Shown: positions 8,856 to 20,047, counted from the stretch's first letter. The stretch: 32,000 nucleotides of DNA from Candidatus Sericytochromatia bacterium (GCA_036676455.1 JAKFCW010000137.1:13783-45782); one strand, 5' to 3'. Numbers and translations are program-made. The notes: a model not told the origin generated them from the sequence alone.

Positions 8856-9572
8856 TTAGAGCGGGGAGATGTGGATTTCGCCATCCTTGATGCAGGCGAT
8901 CTCGGGGGACTTGCTGAGCGGGGGCGCCCCGGCGTCGGGAGAGCGCGCGATCAGGCCGGCGATGCGAATCTGGGTGGGGCGCAGGTTGGTGGCGATGATG
9001 CGGGCGCCCTCTTCGCCGGTGCTGCCGGCGTGCGCCACGCCGCGCAGGGTGCCGAAGACCACGATGTCGCCGGCGGCCACGACCTCGGCACCGGCGTTGA
9101 CGTCGCCGGAGATGACCAGGTGGCCGTCATGTTGGAGGCGCTGGCCGGAGCGCACGGTCGTGCGCAGGTAGAGGGCGTTGTTGGGCGGGAACTGGGGGGC
9201 CTCGGGCTTGTCGGTCTTGTCGGCCTTCTCGCTCTTCTCGGGAGCGGGAAGCTTGTCATGGGGGGTGAGGCCGAGCTTGGAGGCGCCGTCCCGGGTGGGG
9301 GCGTAGGTGGCGACGATCGCCATGGGCACGAGGCCGTAGTCGCCCTTCAGGCGGCCGATCAGCGCGTCGAGCTCGGGCTCGGAGACGGGGCGATCGCCCA
9401 GATCCAGGGTCGTCTGGGCGCCTTGCCAGAAGGTCTTGGTCTTGGCTTCCTCCAGCTTCTCCTCGAGGCCCGAGATCACCTCGGTCCACGGGCCTTCCGC
9501 CGGCAGGACGAGCAAGAGGCCGTTCCTAAATCCCTTGACTGCGATTTCACCCGACACGTTCACATCCTCCAC
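8856..9572 (-). CDS. minC: Septum site-determining protein MinC
   Basis: The C-terminal beta-helix motif is LVISGDVNAGAEVVAAGDIVVFGTLRGVAHAG. A Lys/Pro/Glu-rich linker (KLPAPEKSEKADKTDKPEAPQFPP) separates the N- and C-domains. The start is uncertain: the SD-like GGAGGA lies inside the first codons of the track ORF, so GTG 9557 (7-nt spacing) is the more likely start. Confidence 0.85.
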   Translation of the reverse strand: MEDVNVSGEIAVKGFRNGLLLVLPAEGPWTEVISGLEEKLEEAKTKTFWQGAQTTLDLGDRPVSEPELDALIGRLKGDYGLVPMAIVATYAPTRDGASKLGLTPHDKLPAPEKSEKADKTDKPEAPQFPPNNALYLRTTVRSGQRLQHDGHLVISGDVNAGAEVVAAGDIVVFGTLRGVAHAGSTGEEGARIIATNLRPTQIRIAGLIARSPDAGAPPLSKSPEIACIKDGEIHISPL

Positions 9573-9664
9573 CTTGTCGAAATACCTAGCCTCTCGTTGC
9601 TACAGGTCAGCTTCGCTTTACTAGCGATTAGCCGCTGGCGCTACGCAACAGCCGCGGGCGCTTT

Positions 9665-11452
9665 CTAATCGCCGGCCACCGGGACCACCGGCGCCGCCGA
9701 ACCGCTCGCCGCCTTGGCCGCGTTGGGGTCCGGCACCCCGAAGAAGGTTCTCAGCAGCTTGCCCGCCACCGGGCCCGCCACCGCGCCCCCGCCTCCGGCC
9801 ATCTCGAGCATGACGGCGACGGCGATCTTGGGCTGGTTCGTCGGGGCGTACGTGACGAACCAGGCGTGGGTGGGCTTCCCCTTGATGGCCTCCGCCGAGC
9901 CGGTCTTGCCCGCCGCGGGGTAACCTGGGATCCGGGCCGCCGCAGCCGTTCCGCGCGAGACCGTCTCGGCCAGGGCCGTGTGCAGCATCTTCCAGGTCTC
10001 CGGCTTCAAGGTCGTGGTCTTGCGCACCTCCACCGGATCGAGCCCCTCCGGGCTGCGAACCAGGACCGGGCGCATGACCTTGCCGTTGTTGGCGACCGTG
10101 GCGATCTCGACGGCGGCCTGGATCGGCGACATCTGGATGAAGCCTTGTCCGGTCGACATGTTCACCGAATCGCCGGGGTACCATTTCTCCTTCAGCGCCT
10201 TCTTCTTCCACTTGCCGTCGGGGATCAACCCGTCTCGTTCCGAGGGCAGGATGATGCCGGTCTTCTCGCCCAGGCCGAACATGTGCGAGTAGCGCTTCAT
10301 GCGATCGGGGCCCATCTTCAGGCCGAGCTCGTAGTAGATCGTGTCGATCGACTTGACCAGCCCTTCCTTGAAGGGGACGTTGCCGAAGCCCCCCGGCTTC
10401 CAGTCGCGGAAGAGCTTGGAGCCGACGTAGAACACGCCCGTCGAGTTGTAGCGCGAGTTCGCGTTGGCGAAGCCCTCCTCCATGGCGGCTGCGTGGGTGA
10501 CGATCTTGTAGATCGAGCCCGGCGGGTAGACGCTCGAGATGGCGCGGTTCAGCAGGGGACGCGAGGGAGAGTTGATCTCCCGCCATGCCGTGGGGGTCAG
10601 CCGGGTCGCGAAGACATTGGGATCGAAGTCGGGGTTCGACGCCAGCGCCAGGACTTCCCCGCTGAAGGGCTCCAAGACGACGACCGAACCCTTCCTGTCC
10701 CCGAGTGCCTCCTCGGCCGCCGCCTGCAGCTTGGCGTCGATCGTGAGCGTGAGATCCTGCCCCGGAACCGGCGGGACTTCCGCCAGCTTCCGCATGGGCC
10801 GGCCTCTGGCGTCCACCTCGACCTGCTGGCGCCCCGGAATACCGCGCAGATGGGCGTCGAAGACCTTCTCGATCCCCATCTTCCCGATTATATCACCCGC
10901 CCGATAGCCTTGATCGGTCATCTTTTCTAGCTCGCGCTCGGTGACCTCGCCCGTGTAGCCGATGACATGCGACGCGAAGGCCCCGCGCGGGTAGAAACGC
11001 ACGACCACCGGGTCGATGGAGACGCCGGGAAGTTCGCGCTGGTGCTCGGCGATCCGGGCGATGACGGTCTCGTCGACGTCCTCGAGCATGGGGATGGGCA
11101 GGGCGGAAGGGCCCTTGCGCTTGAGCTTGGCGCGCATCTCGGATTCGGGCAGGCCGAGGATCTTGGCGAGCCGGTCGGCGACCTCGACGCGCTGCTCCTT
11201 CTTGAGCTGGACGGGGTGCAGGGCGATCTGGTAGGAGAGGCGGCTGGTGGCCAGGATCTGGCCGTTGCGGTCGCGGATCTGGCCGCGCGGCGCGGCGAGC
11301 AGGTTGATGCGCAGGCGGTTGCCTTCCGCGCGCTCGAGGTACTGCTCTCCGCTGAAGACCTGGAGGTTGATCAGCCGGAAGCCGATCACCGAGGCGGCGG
11401 CGACGGCGACGGCGATGAAGGCCGGAAAGCGGCCCGGGACGACGCCGTTCAC
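9665..11452 (-). CDS. mrdA: Penicillin-binding protein 2 (elongasome transpeptidase)
   Basis: It has an N-terminal TM anchor and the transpeptidase motifs SxxK (GSIYKIV), SxN (DSVNMS) and KTG (AGKTGSAE). The GTG start overlaps the mreD stop (GTGA). Confidence 0.9.
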   Translation of the reverse strand: MNGVVPGRFPAFIAVAVAAASVIGFRLINLQVFSGEQYLERAEGNRLRINLLAAPRGQIRDRNGQILATSRLSYQIALHPVQLKKEQRVEVADRLAKILGLPESEMRAKLKRKGPSALPIPMLEDVDETVIARIAEHQRELPGVSIDPVVVRFYPRGAFASHVIGYTGEVTERELEKMTDQGYRAGDIIGKMGIEKVFDAHLRGIPGRQQVEVDARGRPMRKLAEVPPVPGQDLTLTIDAKLQAAAEEALGDRKGSVVVLEPFSGEVLALASNPDFDPNVFATRLTPTAWREINSPSRPLLNRAISSVYPPGSIYKIVTHAAAMEEGFANANSRYNSTGVFYVGSKLFRDWKPGGFGNVPFKEGLVKSIDTIYYELGLKMGPDRMKRYSHMFGLGEKTGIILPSERDGLIPDGKWKKKALKEKWYPGDSVNMSTGQGFIQMSPIQAAVEIATVANNGKVMRPVLVRSPEGLDPVEVRKTTTLKPETWKMLHTALAETVSRGTAAAARIPGYPAAGKTGSAEAIKGKPTHAWFVTYAPTNQPKIAVAVMLEMAGGGGAVAGPVAGKLLRTFFGVPDPNAAKAASGSAAPVVPVAGD

Positions 11453-11949
11453 TGCTGGGCCTCCCGCAGCGCCCAGGGGTTGCGGGTGCGGTGGAGGATC
11501 CAGCGGATCCCCAGGGAGAGGGGCCAGCCGATGAGGGCGGTGCCGGCGGCGACGGGCAGGGCGATCGCCATCCGCTCGCTCCAGGGCATGCTGAAGCCCT
11601 GCATGCCGAGCGCGACCCCGATGGCCGTATCCTGGATCAGGCTGAAGATCACGATCAGCGGGGTCACGATCATGCCCTGGCGGTCATGCAGGAAGGGGCG
11701 CAAGCCTCCTGCTCCGAGGCCGATCATGCTCTTGAGAATGGCGTAGGTCATGCCGCCGCCCAGCATGAGGTCCTGGAGGGCGCCCGCGGCGAAGCCGATG
11801 GCGAGCCCGCCTCTGGGGCCTGCGCCCACCGCCCACGAGATGACGATGGCCAGCAGGATGTCGAACTGCCAGGTAAGCAGGTCGTTGAGGGGAGATCCCT
11901 GGAGCCAGGCGCCAATCAGGATCAGGAGGGCAGCAGCGGCAAATCTCAT
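11449..11949 (-). CDS. mreD: Rod shape-determining protein MreD
   Basis: This 166-aa polytopic membrane protein sits between mreC and mrdA. Its ATG is 1 nt after the mreC stop. The call rests on synteny plus hydropathy. Confidence 0.75.
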   Translation of the reverse strand: MRFAAAALLILIGAWLQGSPLNDLLTWQFDILLAIVISWAVGAGPRGGLAIGFAAGALQDLMLGGGMTYAILKSMIGLGAGGLRPFLHDRQGMIVTPLIVIFSLIQDTAIGVALGMQGFSMPWSERMAIALPVAAGTALIGWPLSLGIRWILHRTRNPWALREAQQ

Positions 11950-11950
11950 G

Positions 11951-12775
11951 CTAACTCGAGAGCTTGGGCAGGACGACCGGGTTGAGCGGGGGGAAGATCA
12001 TGACTTCCTCGAGCCGATCGAGGTCGGCGGTGGGGACGAGGGTGACCTCGGGGGTGATGGCGCCGGGCCGTTGGTCGACGCGCACCACCTTGCCCACGGG
12101 GATGCCCTTGGGGAAGATACCACCCAGGCCGGAGGTGAGCACCAGGTCTCCGATGCGGAAGTCGACCTGCTGGGGCATGTAGCGCATGGCCAGGGTGGCG
12201 TCGCCCTCGCCGGTCACGATGCCGGGTGAGCGCGAGCGCTGGTCGATGCCGGCCACGGTCTGGCCGGGGTCGGTCAGCAGGGAGATGATGGAGGTGGAGG
12301 GGCCGGCGACCAGGACGCGGCCGACCAGGCCGCGCGGGCTCATGACCACCGAATCGGCGCCGATGCCGTCCTGGGTGCCGCGGTCCACGACCAGGCGCTT
12401 GCGCCAGTTGTCGGGGGTGCGGGCCACGACCTGCGCCGCCACGCCCTTGCCGCCCTGCCGCTGCCGCAACTCGACGAGCATGCTGAGACGCTTGTTCTGG
12501 GAGTCGACCTCCATCTGGCGGGCCAGCTCGGATTCGGCGAGGGTCAGGGCCTGTTGCAGGCGCTCGTTGTCCTTGCGCAGGGCGTCGAGGTCCTGGAAGT
12601 AGGCTGCTCCGCCGCGCACCGTGGTCACGGCGGACTGCGTGAGGGTCCAGCCGGGCTTCAGGGCCTCGGTCAAGACCGCCGTGCGGCCTGAAGCCCAGCC
12701 CAAGGCCCCGGCCGCGAGGACCAGGGCGAGGGCGAAGCCGATCTCCCGCGCGGGGAGGCGTTGGAACAGGCTCAC
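11951..12775 (-). CDS. mreC: Rod shape-determining protein MreC
   Basis: It has an N-terminal TM segment and a coiled-coil (DALRKDNERLQQALTLAESELARQ). The beta-rich C-terminus carries MreC-type motifs (GLVGRV, GIVTGEG, LTSGLGGIFPKGIPVG). Confidence 0.88.
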   Translation of the reverse strand: MSLFQRLPAREIGFALALVLAAGALGWASGRTAVLTEALKPGWTLTQSAVTTVRGGAAYFQDLDALRKDNERLQQALTLAESELARQMEVDSQNKRLSMLVELRQRQGGKGVAAQVVARTPDNWRKRLVVDRGTQDGIGADSVVMSPRGLVGRVLVAGPSTSIISLLTDPGQTVAGIDQRSRSPGIVTGEGDATLAMRYMPQQVDFRIGDLVLTSGLGGIFPKGIPVGKVVRVDQRPGAITPEVTLVPTADLDRLEEVMIFPPLNPVVLPKLSS

Positions 12776-12779
12776 GGGA

Positions 12780-14499
<1,720 letters not shown>

Positions 14500-14540
14500 T
14501 AGACCATCTTACACGACTCCGCAGCGGATCGCGGCGGGCA

Positions 14541-15845
14541 TTACGGCGCGACGCGCGGCGCCGGCGCGATCATGCGCCGATCCGTCGCGATCGGGGCTCC
14601 TCCCAGGGCGAACTCCATGGTGGCCAGGTAGCGGCCGTAGCTGGTGGCGAGGCCCGTGGCGTTCTCCCAGCGCCAGAGGCCCTCGAGGCGCAGGTTGGCG
14701 CCTTCCCACATCTTCTGCATGCCGCCCGTGGTGACCTGCTTGGCCTCGTAGTTGCGCCCGCCGGCCGCGTTGGCGTCCCCGAAGGCGGAGTACTGGAGGT
14801 AGATGCTGCTGTTTTCGCCCGTCGCCTGGGACATGTCCACGTACCAGCCCTGCCGCGGCAGGGACTCCAGCCCGAGGCGCTGGTCGATGAGGTACTCGAA
14901 TAGCGCGAGGCTGTCTCCCGCCTTGAAGCGGGCATGCAGGCCGTAACGCCGTCGTTCGGTGTTGCTGCCGGGCTGTGCGTAGCCTGCGGGGTACGCGATC
15001 TCATGGCCCCAGAGCATGCTCAGGCCGATCTCGTCGGTTTCGGATGCCCGGTAGTCCAGGCGCGCGAAGACGTTCTTGGCGCCGTTGTCATCCATGCGGT
15101 TGGGGCCCGAGCCGTTCACGAGGCCGGTGGCGTAGGCGAGCCCGCCGCTTTGCCATTGCAGCATGGTCCCGATGTCGTACCAGCGCCCGAACGCCGAGCC
15201 CTGGTACAGCCCTGCTCCTTGCGCCGAGAGGAACTCGGTCACCGGGGTCGGCACCGGGGCCACGGGCAACGGCGGCTCGTACGAGGACGTCCGGTAGCTG
15301 AAGGGGAGCTCGAACTGCCCCACGCGCAGGTAGCCGTTGCGCGCCGGGTCGTTGAGGTTGACGTAGGCGTCCTCGAGGATCGGCACGTAAAGCGGGCTGA
15401 GGCCCAGGCCACCCGACTGGCGCCACTGGATCCGGTCGAGGGCGGCCTGGTAGAGGTCCGGATAGCTGTAGGCCTGGTAGATCTCCTGGCGCAGCGAGCC
15501 CGAGATCACGCCGGTCACCTCGGGAGCCAACTCCTGCATGAAGCGGGCCGTCAGCGTCGGGATGCGGCCGGTGAGGTGCGTCTCGATCAGGTTGAAGTCC
15601 GGCACCGTCAGCTGGGAGCGCGGCACGTTCCCCAGCTCCACCACCGCCTTGACCTCCAGGCCCTGGGCGTTGGCTGCCGGCGACATGGCGAGGAGAGCCG
15701 CCAGGGCCAAGACGATCGCCCTTGCCGGTCCTTGAAGGGCTGCAGGTTTGCGGGGAGAGGCTTTTACGTCAATGTTGGGCAATGGGCACCTCGCTAGATC
15801 GATATCCCATCTTACCGTGCGCGCGGAAGCATGCGCCACTGACAA
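14541..15845 (-). CDS. Putative outer-membrane beta-barrel (porin-like) protein
   Basis: A signal-peptide-like segment, AIVLALAALLAMSPAANA|QG, is present. The mature part is Gly/Tyr/aromatic-rich with short alternating stretches (YDIGTMLQWQSGGLAYATGLVNG, ANLRLEGLWRWENATG), and I see no enzyme motifs. The start is uncertain: an in-frame TTG at 15782 preceded by GAGGTG would give a normal-length signal peptide. Confidence 0.5.
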   Translation of the reverse strand: MSVAHASARTVRWDIDLARCPLPNIDVKASPRKPAALQGPARAIVLALAALLAMSPAANAQGLEVKAVVELGNVPRSQLTVPDFNLIETHLTGRIPTLTARFMQELAPEVTGVISGSLRQEIYQAYSYPDLYQAALDRIQWRQSGGLGLSPLYVPILEDAYVNLNDPARNGYLRVGQFELPFSYRTSSYEPPLPVAPVPTPVTEFLSAQGAGLYQGSAFGRWYDIGTMLQWQSGGLAYATGLVNGSGPNRMDDNGAKNVFARLDYRASETDEIGLSMLWGHEIAYPAGYAQPGSNTERRRYGLHARFKAGDSLALFEYLIDQRLGLESLPRQGWYVDMSQATGENSSIYLQYSAFGDANAAGGRNYEAKQVTTGGMQKMWEGANLRLEGLWRWENATGLATSYGRYLATMEFALGGAPIATDRRMIAPAPRVAP

Positions 15846-15883
15846 GGAACCGGGCTTCTCGCGGGCTGGGGGTCCTTCGCAGC

Positions 15884-15923
15884 GATTCCAGGGATCCCCG
15901 CGCTATCGCGCGGCCCCGGAATC
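15884..15923. repeat. Imperfect 40-nt hairpin (GATTCCAGGG...CCCCGGAATC with inner CCGCGC/GCGCGG stem)
   Basis: Pairing was worked out by eye. The outer stem is 15884-15889 with 15918-15923, the middle stem is 15891-15893 with 15914-15916, and the inner stem is 15898-15903 with 15908-15913. Confidence 0.4.
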
Positions 15924-16001
15924 GAACGCGCAGTCACTCCCAGCCCGCTTCGAACCCGGGTTTGAGGGTGGGAGGCAAGGCGGCATCCCCTTTCAGCCGC
16001 C

Positions 16002-16073
16002 ATTCCCGCGAAAGCGGGAATCCAGGCCCACGGTATCGTGTGACGCTCACTGGACTCCCGCCTGCGCGGGAGT
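16002..16073. repeat. REP-like element with two related 8-bp stem-loops: ATTCCCGC-GAAA-GCGGGAAT and ACTCCCGC-CTGC-GCGGGAGT
   Basis: SL1 is at 16002-16021 with a GAAA tetraloop. SL2 is at 16054-16073. They share the core TCCCGC/GCGGGA and are 32 nt apart. The element sits in the 266-nt gap between two minus-strand genes. It resembles the 'cattcccgcgaaagcgggaatcc' class of extragenic palindromes seen in many bacterial genomes, which often yields spurious ...FPRKRES... ORFs, as in track ORFs 15722..16075 and 15748..16137. Confidence 0.6.
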
Positions 16074-16111
16074 GACGGGAGGGGATAACGGGACTGATGA
16101 TCGTGCCGGCC

Positions 16112-17017
16112 TCAGGCCTTGGAAAAGCGCTCGCTGATGTGCTTGCCCGTCGTGATCGAATGGTACTCCTGGCCGATCGCGTTGTAGCGCTTGCGGGTCT
16201 CTGGGCTCATCTGCGAGCCGTTGGCCATCGCCGAGCGGTACTTCGGGCGCTCGTTCATCCAGTAGGTGGCCACCGCCCGCTCTTCGTGAAGCAAGGGCTG
16301 GCCCTTGTTGAGGTAGAGCCGTCCGATCATCCCTTCCTGCAGGCAGTGCATCTGCTCGTGGACCAGGATCTCGACGAAGGTCGCGAAGCTGCCCTGGAGT
16401 AGTCCTTCGGGCAGGTAGACCTTGTAGGCCTTGTGGTCGTAGAGGCCGTTGAAGCCCGCGGCCATGGCGGTGTTGAACTCCACCGGCGCCGGCTTGAAAC
16501 CGTACGCTTCTCCCAGGGCCGGGACGAAGTAGCGCATGAACTCGTAAGCGATCCGGCGGTTGGTCTCGGGCTTGCGGGGATCCCAGACCTCGCGAGACGC
16601 GCGCAGGATGGCCTCGCGCTCCATGTCGGCGATCGCCGCGTCTCGCTTCGGGTCGAAGAGGCGGCTCAGGGTCGCGCGGAACTGCTCGGGCGTGCGGATC
16701 AACTGCCCTTCCGCCAGAACCGCCCCCGTTGGTTCTGCCCCGTTGGGGCCGCCCTGGAGCTGGGAGCGCGTGAAGCCGCCGCTGGGATCTGCGTGCGGCG
16801 TCAGGGACTCAGATTGGCCGGCGCGATAGCTCGGATCGAAGCCCGCCTCGAACATGATCTCCGCCATCCACGCGGCTTCACCCGTGAGCGGGCGGCGCTG
16901 GGGCGCCACGGGGGCCGGCGGCACGGGGCTGACGGGCGCGATCTTCACCGGGGCGATCCGGCCAGGAAGCCCCGCAGGCGGCATGTTGGGAGTTGGCTGG
17001 GTGAGCTTGCGGACCAT
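16112..17017 (-). CDS. Hypothetical protein with an HExxH zinc-metallopeptidase-like motif and a Pro-rich N-terminus
   Basis: The 301-aa product has a strong SD (GAGGAGG, 7 nt before the ATG). The motif context is FATFVEILVHEQMHCLQEG, with a candidate downstream ligand in LLHEER. The N-terminal ~45 aa are Pro/Ala/Val-rich (PPAGLPGRIAPVKIAPVSPVPPAPVAPQRRP). There is no signal peptide or TM segment. Confidence 0.55.
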   Translation of the reverse strand: MVRKLTQPTPNMPPAGLPGRIAPVKIAPVSPVPPAPVAPQRRPLTGEAAWMAEIMFEAGFDPSYRAGQSESLTPHADPSGGFTRSQLQGGPNGAEPTGAVLAEGQLIRTPEQFRATLSRLFDPKRDAAIADMEREAILRASREVWDPRKPETNRRIAYEFMRYFVPALGEAYGFKPAPVEFNTAMAAGFNGLYDHKAYKVYLPEGLLQGSFATFVEILVHEQMHCLQEGMIGRLYLNKGQPLLHEERAVATYWMNERPKYRSAMANGSQMSPETRKRYNAIGQEYHSITTGKHISERFSKA

Positions 17018-17100
17018 GGCCTGGCCTCCTCTATGGATCTTCTACCCGTGGCGGCTGCCGCCCCTAACGAAAAAACGTCATAGCCGCCCGAGCAACCCCA

Positions 17101-17129
17101 TTCAAGGGGATGCGATCCGGGAATAATAC
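17101..17129 (+). promoter_or_regulatory. Possible sigma70-like promoter: TTCAAG, 17-nt spacer, TAATAC
   Basis: Hexamers were read at 17101-17106 and 17124-17129, about 60 nt upstream of ATG 17188. The -35 match is weak. Confidence 0.25.
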
Positions 17130-17187
17130 GGAATGGCGCCCGCCCCCGCCGCCGTGGACGCTGAACCGGAAGAAAGAGGCCCCCCGC

Positions 17188-18480
17188 ATGGATACGACCC
17201 GCCAACCCCAGACCGCCGAGACCCTCTCCCGCGGGCTTTCCCCCATGGGAACGCCGGTGGGTGGCGCGCTCCCCGCAGCCGGCTCGCTGACGCCAGCCAC
17301 CCTGCATGAGCGCGTGATGGCCCTGAGCACGGATCTGGTGGCATGTCGGCGCGACTTCCATCGCTGGCCGGAGCTGAGCTTCCGCGAAGTCCACACCGCC
17401 GCGCGGGTCGCCTCCGAGCTTCAGGCCATGGGCCTCGAGGTCCAGACCGGCGTCGCCAAGACCGGCGTGGTGGGACTGCTGCGCGGCGGAAAAGCCGCGG
17501 GCCCTGGCGGGAAGACCCTGCTGGTGCGGGCGGACATCGACGCGCTGCCCCTCGATGAGCAAAACGACGTTTCGTACCGCTCGCGCAACCCGGGCGTCAT
17601 GCATGCCTGCGGACACGACGCCCATATGGCCATGCTGCTCACGGCTATCCGAGTCCTCGCCGAGCACCGCGACGAGCTAGCCGGCAATCTCAAATTCGTC
17701 TTCCAGCCCGCCGAGGAGGGCCCCGGGGGCGCCGACCTCATGATCGAGGAGGGAGTCCTGTCCAATCCCCGGGTGGACGCCGCCATTGGCTTCCACATCT
17801 GGAACGAACTGCCCGTGGGCGTGGTCGGAGTCCGTCCCGGCCCCTTGATGGCGTCCTCGGACGAGTTCGAGATCGTGATCGAGGGCCAGGGCACCCATGC
17901 CGCGGACCCGCATCTCGGCGTGGACGCCGTGGTCGTCGCGGCCCACGTGCTCACCGCCCTCCAGACCATCGTCTCGCGCTCGGTCTCTCCCCTGGAGTCC
18001 GCTGTCCTCTCGGTCGGCAAGATCGTCTCGGGCTCCGCGCACAACGTCATCGCCCAGAAGGCCCACATGTCGGGCACGGTCCGCACCTTCAACGAGGAGC
18101 TGCGCGCCTCGATGCCCGGCCGCATCCAGCAGCTCATCGAGGGCGTCTCCATGGCCTTCGGAGCCACGGCCCGCCTCGAGTACCGCTACCAGTACCCGGT
18201 CCTGTCCAACTCCCCCGAGATGGCCGCGCTGGTTCGCGCCGCGGCATCGAAGGCGATCGGTTCGGAGCGGGTCGTCACCGCTGACGCCACCATGGGCGCC
18301 GAGGACATGGCCTACTTCCTGCGCGAGGTGCCCGGCTGCTACTTCCTGATCGGCTCGGCCAACCCCGACAAGGGTTTCGACAAGCCGCATCACCACCCGC
18401 AGTTCGACATCGACGAGGATGCCCTGCCGGTGGGCGTGCAGGTGATCGTCCAGGCCGTCCTCGACTACCTCGCCGACTAA
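17188..18480 (+). CDS. M20D-family amidohydrolase (N-acyl-L-amino-acid amidohydrolase / hippurate-hydrolase-like)
   Basis: I chose ATG 17188 as the start because it is preceded by GAAAGAGG. M20D motifs are MHACGHDAHMAMLL, FQPAEEGPGGA and GAEDMAYF. HHHPQFDIDEDALPVG is the typical C-terminus. Confidence 0.85.
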   Translation: MDTTRQPQTAETLSRGLSPMGTPVGGALPAAGSLTPATLHERVMALSTDLVACRRDFHRWPELSFREVHTAARVASELQAMGLEVQTGVAKTGVVGLLRGGKAAGPGGKTLLVRADIDALPLDEQNDVSYRSRNPGVMHACGHDAHMAMLLTAIRVLAEHRDELAGNLKFVFQPAEEGPGGADLMIEEGVLSNPRVDAAIGFHIWNELPVGVVGVRPGPLMASSDEFEIVIEGQGTHAADPHLGVDAVVVAAHVLTALQTIVSRSVSPLESAVLSVGKIVSGSAHNVIAQKAHMSGTVRTFNEELRASMPGRIQQLIEGVSMAFGATARLEYRYQYPVLSNSPEMAALVRAAASKAIGSERVVTADATMGAEDMAYFLREVPGCYFLIGSANPDKGFDKPHHHPQFDIDEDALPVGVQVIVQAVLDYLAD

Positions 18481-18505
18481 CCGCGACCCGACCTCACCTT
18501 CGCCC

Positions 18506-20047
18506 TCACCGGTTGGGAGCCAGCGGGATCAGCGCCTGCGCACGCGCGACTTCCGGTAGCAAGCCAGATAGCCCCTGGGCGTTCTGGGCGAGTCGGCTCA
18601 GGGCGCCTTCCAGGTTGTCGGCACTCCGAATTCCCTCGCCGAGCTCGCCAACTCCGGATTGGATGGCCGAATTCGCCGATCCCACCGCATGGGCAAGCTG
18701 CTCGACCGAGGCCATCCAAGGAGACCATTCCCCCTGATCCGGAAGCGCCGAGGAAAGCGCTTGGACACCTTGCTCGAGCGTTCGAAGCTCGCTGGCAAAG
18801 CCGTCGCTCGCCTGGACCTCGGCGAGCATGCCGTGGGACCAGTGTTCCAGGCGGTCGCTCACGATTCCGACCCGCTGTTTGATGCCATCCAGGTTATCGC
18901 CGGCTCCCTGAGCCACCGAGGTCGCCTCGCGGATCGCACGTTCGCCTTGCTGAGAGGCCGTGATGGCACGGCTGGTCTCCGCTTGAATATCGTGGACCAA
19001 TCGTGTGATGTCCTGCGTGGCACCTGCTGTGCGCTCGGCGAGCTTGCGCACGTCATCGGCAACCACGGCGAATCCGCGCCCGTACTCTCCGGCTCGCGCC
19101 GCCTCGATCGCCGCGTTGAGAGCCAGCAAGTTGGTCTGGTCCGAGATGTCCTCGATCATGCCCACGAAGGCATTGATCTGTTCGGCTTGCTGCCCGAGTC
19201 CTCCGATCGCCTCGACCACGCCGTGGATCCGGTCTCCGATCCCCTCGATCTCGAGGGCGTTCTGCCGCGCCACGTCGGCGCCGACCATGAGGTCGGCGTA
19301 GACCTCATGGTTGAGTGCATTCGCGGCTTCGGTGGACGAGATGAGTCCTTGCATGTGGTCGCGCCGATCCTCCAGGAGGCCCTGGAGGTGACGCAGCGGG
19401 CCCTCTACCCCCGCGCGGATCGCGGGGTGCTCAGCGATGCTCGCCGCCTGTTGCTGCAAAAGGCGCTGCCCGTGGGCTCGGAGGTCTTGAATCTGATCGA
19501 GGCTCGAACGAAGGTTGGAAAGGCCTTCCTGGAGCCGTGAGGAGGCCCCTGCCAGCGCCAGCGCGTGCTCCTCGCTGAGCGTCTGCGTCTCGGAAGTGCC
19601 GACGTTGAGCGCCTGGAGGCCCGCGCTGATCCGATGCCGCTCTCCATCCTGCTGCAAGCGTTGCGCGTCGAGCAGACGCTGCAGGGCGCGCACATGCCCG
19701 GGCCGTACCGGGCCCTTCGGGTCCGGAAGCTCTGCGGCGGGAATGTCCGCGAGGAGCGGCTGGAACTCAGCCCATAGCGCGCGCTCGGGCGCGCTGAACA
19801 GGCGCTCGATGGCGCCGGCACTCAATGCGAGCGCGATGCCCAGCAGTAGCACGGCCGTCGCGAGCGTCGCGAGGTTCGGACCGAAACGCTCGAGAGCCCA
19901 TGCGCTCAGGACGCCTGCCAGCATCAGGGGAGCGTGGGCCAGCATCAGGCGCTGAGCGGCGGCGGAACGTCCCTGCGCGCGCATGACTCCGAAGAGCAGA
20001 CCGGTGGCCAGGAGGGGGAACGCAACGGCAATCGCGAGCGACGTCAC
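18506..20047 (-). CDS. Methyl-accepting chemotaxis protein (membrane-embedded N-terminus, no periplasmic sensor domain evident)
   Basis: The highly conserved signalling hairpin is [38 protein letters not shown]. The GTG start follows AAGGAG with a 6-nt spacing. The N-terminal ~85 aa consist of about 3 hydrophobic helices joined by short loops. Confidence 0.88.
   Translation of the reverse strand: MTSLAIAVAFPLLATGLLFGVMRAQGRSAAAQRLMLAHAPLMLAGVLSAWALERFGPNLATLATAVLLLGIALALSAGAIERLFSAPERALWAEFQPLLADIPAAELPDPKGPVRPGHVRALQRLLDAQRLQQDGERHRISAGLQALNVGTSETQTLSEEHALALAGASSRLQEGLSNLRSSLDQIQDLRAHGQRLLQQQAASIAEHPAIRAGVEGPLRHLQGLLEDRRDHMQGLISSTEAANALNHEVYADLMVGADVARQNALEIEGIGDRIHGVVEAIGGLGQQAEQINAFVGMIEDISDQTNLLALNAAIEAARAGEYGRGFAVVADDVRKLAERTAGATQDITRLVHDIQAETSRAITASQQGERAIREATSVAQGAGDNLDGIKQRVGIVSDRLEHWSHGMLAEVQASDGFASELRTLEQGVQALSSALPDQGEWSPWMASVEQLAHAVGSANSAIQSGVGELGEGIRSADNLEGALSRLAQNAQGLSGLLPEVARAQALIPLAPNR

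Noticed and set aside
15905-15975. tRNA T-loop-like strings (TTCGATTCC on the minus strand near 15915-15925; cTTCGAAcc near 15948-15956). These could mark a tRNA gene or a tRNA-derived att site.
   Set aside because: The flanking bases do not form 5-bp T-stems with 7-nt loops. No acceptor, D or anticodon arms can be drawn, and there is no integrase or direct repeat nearby.
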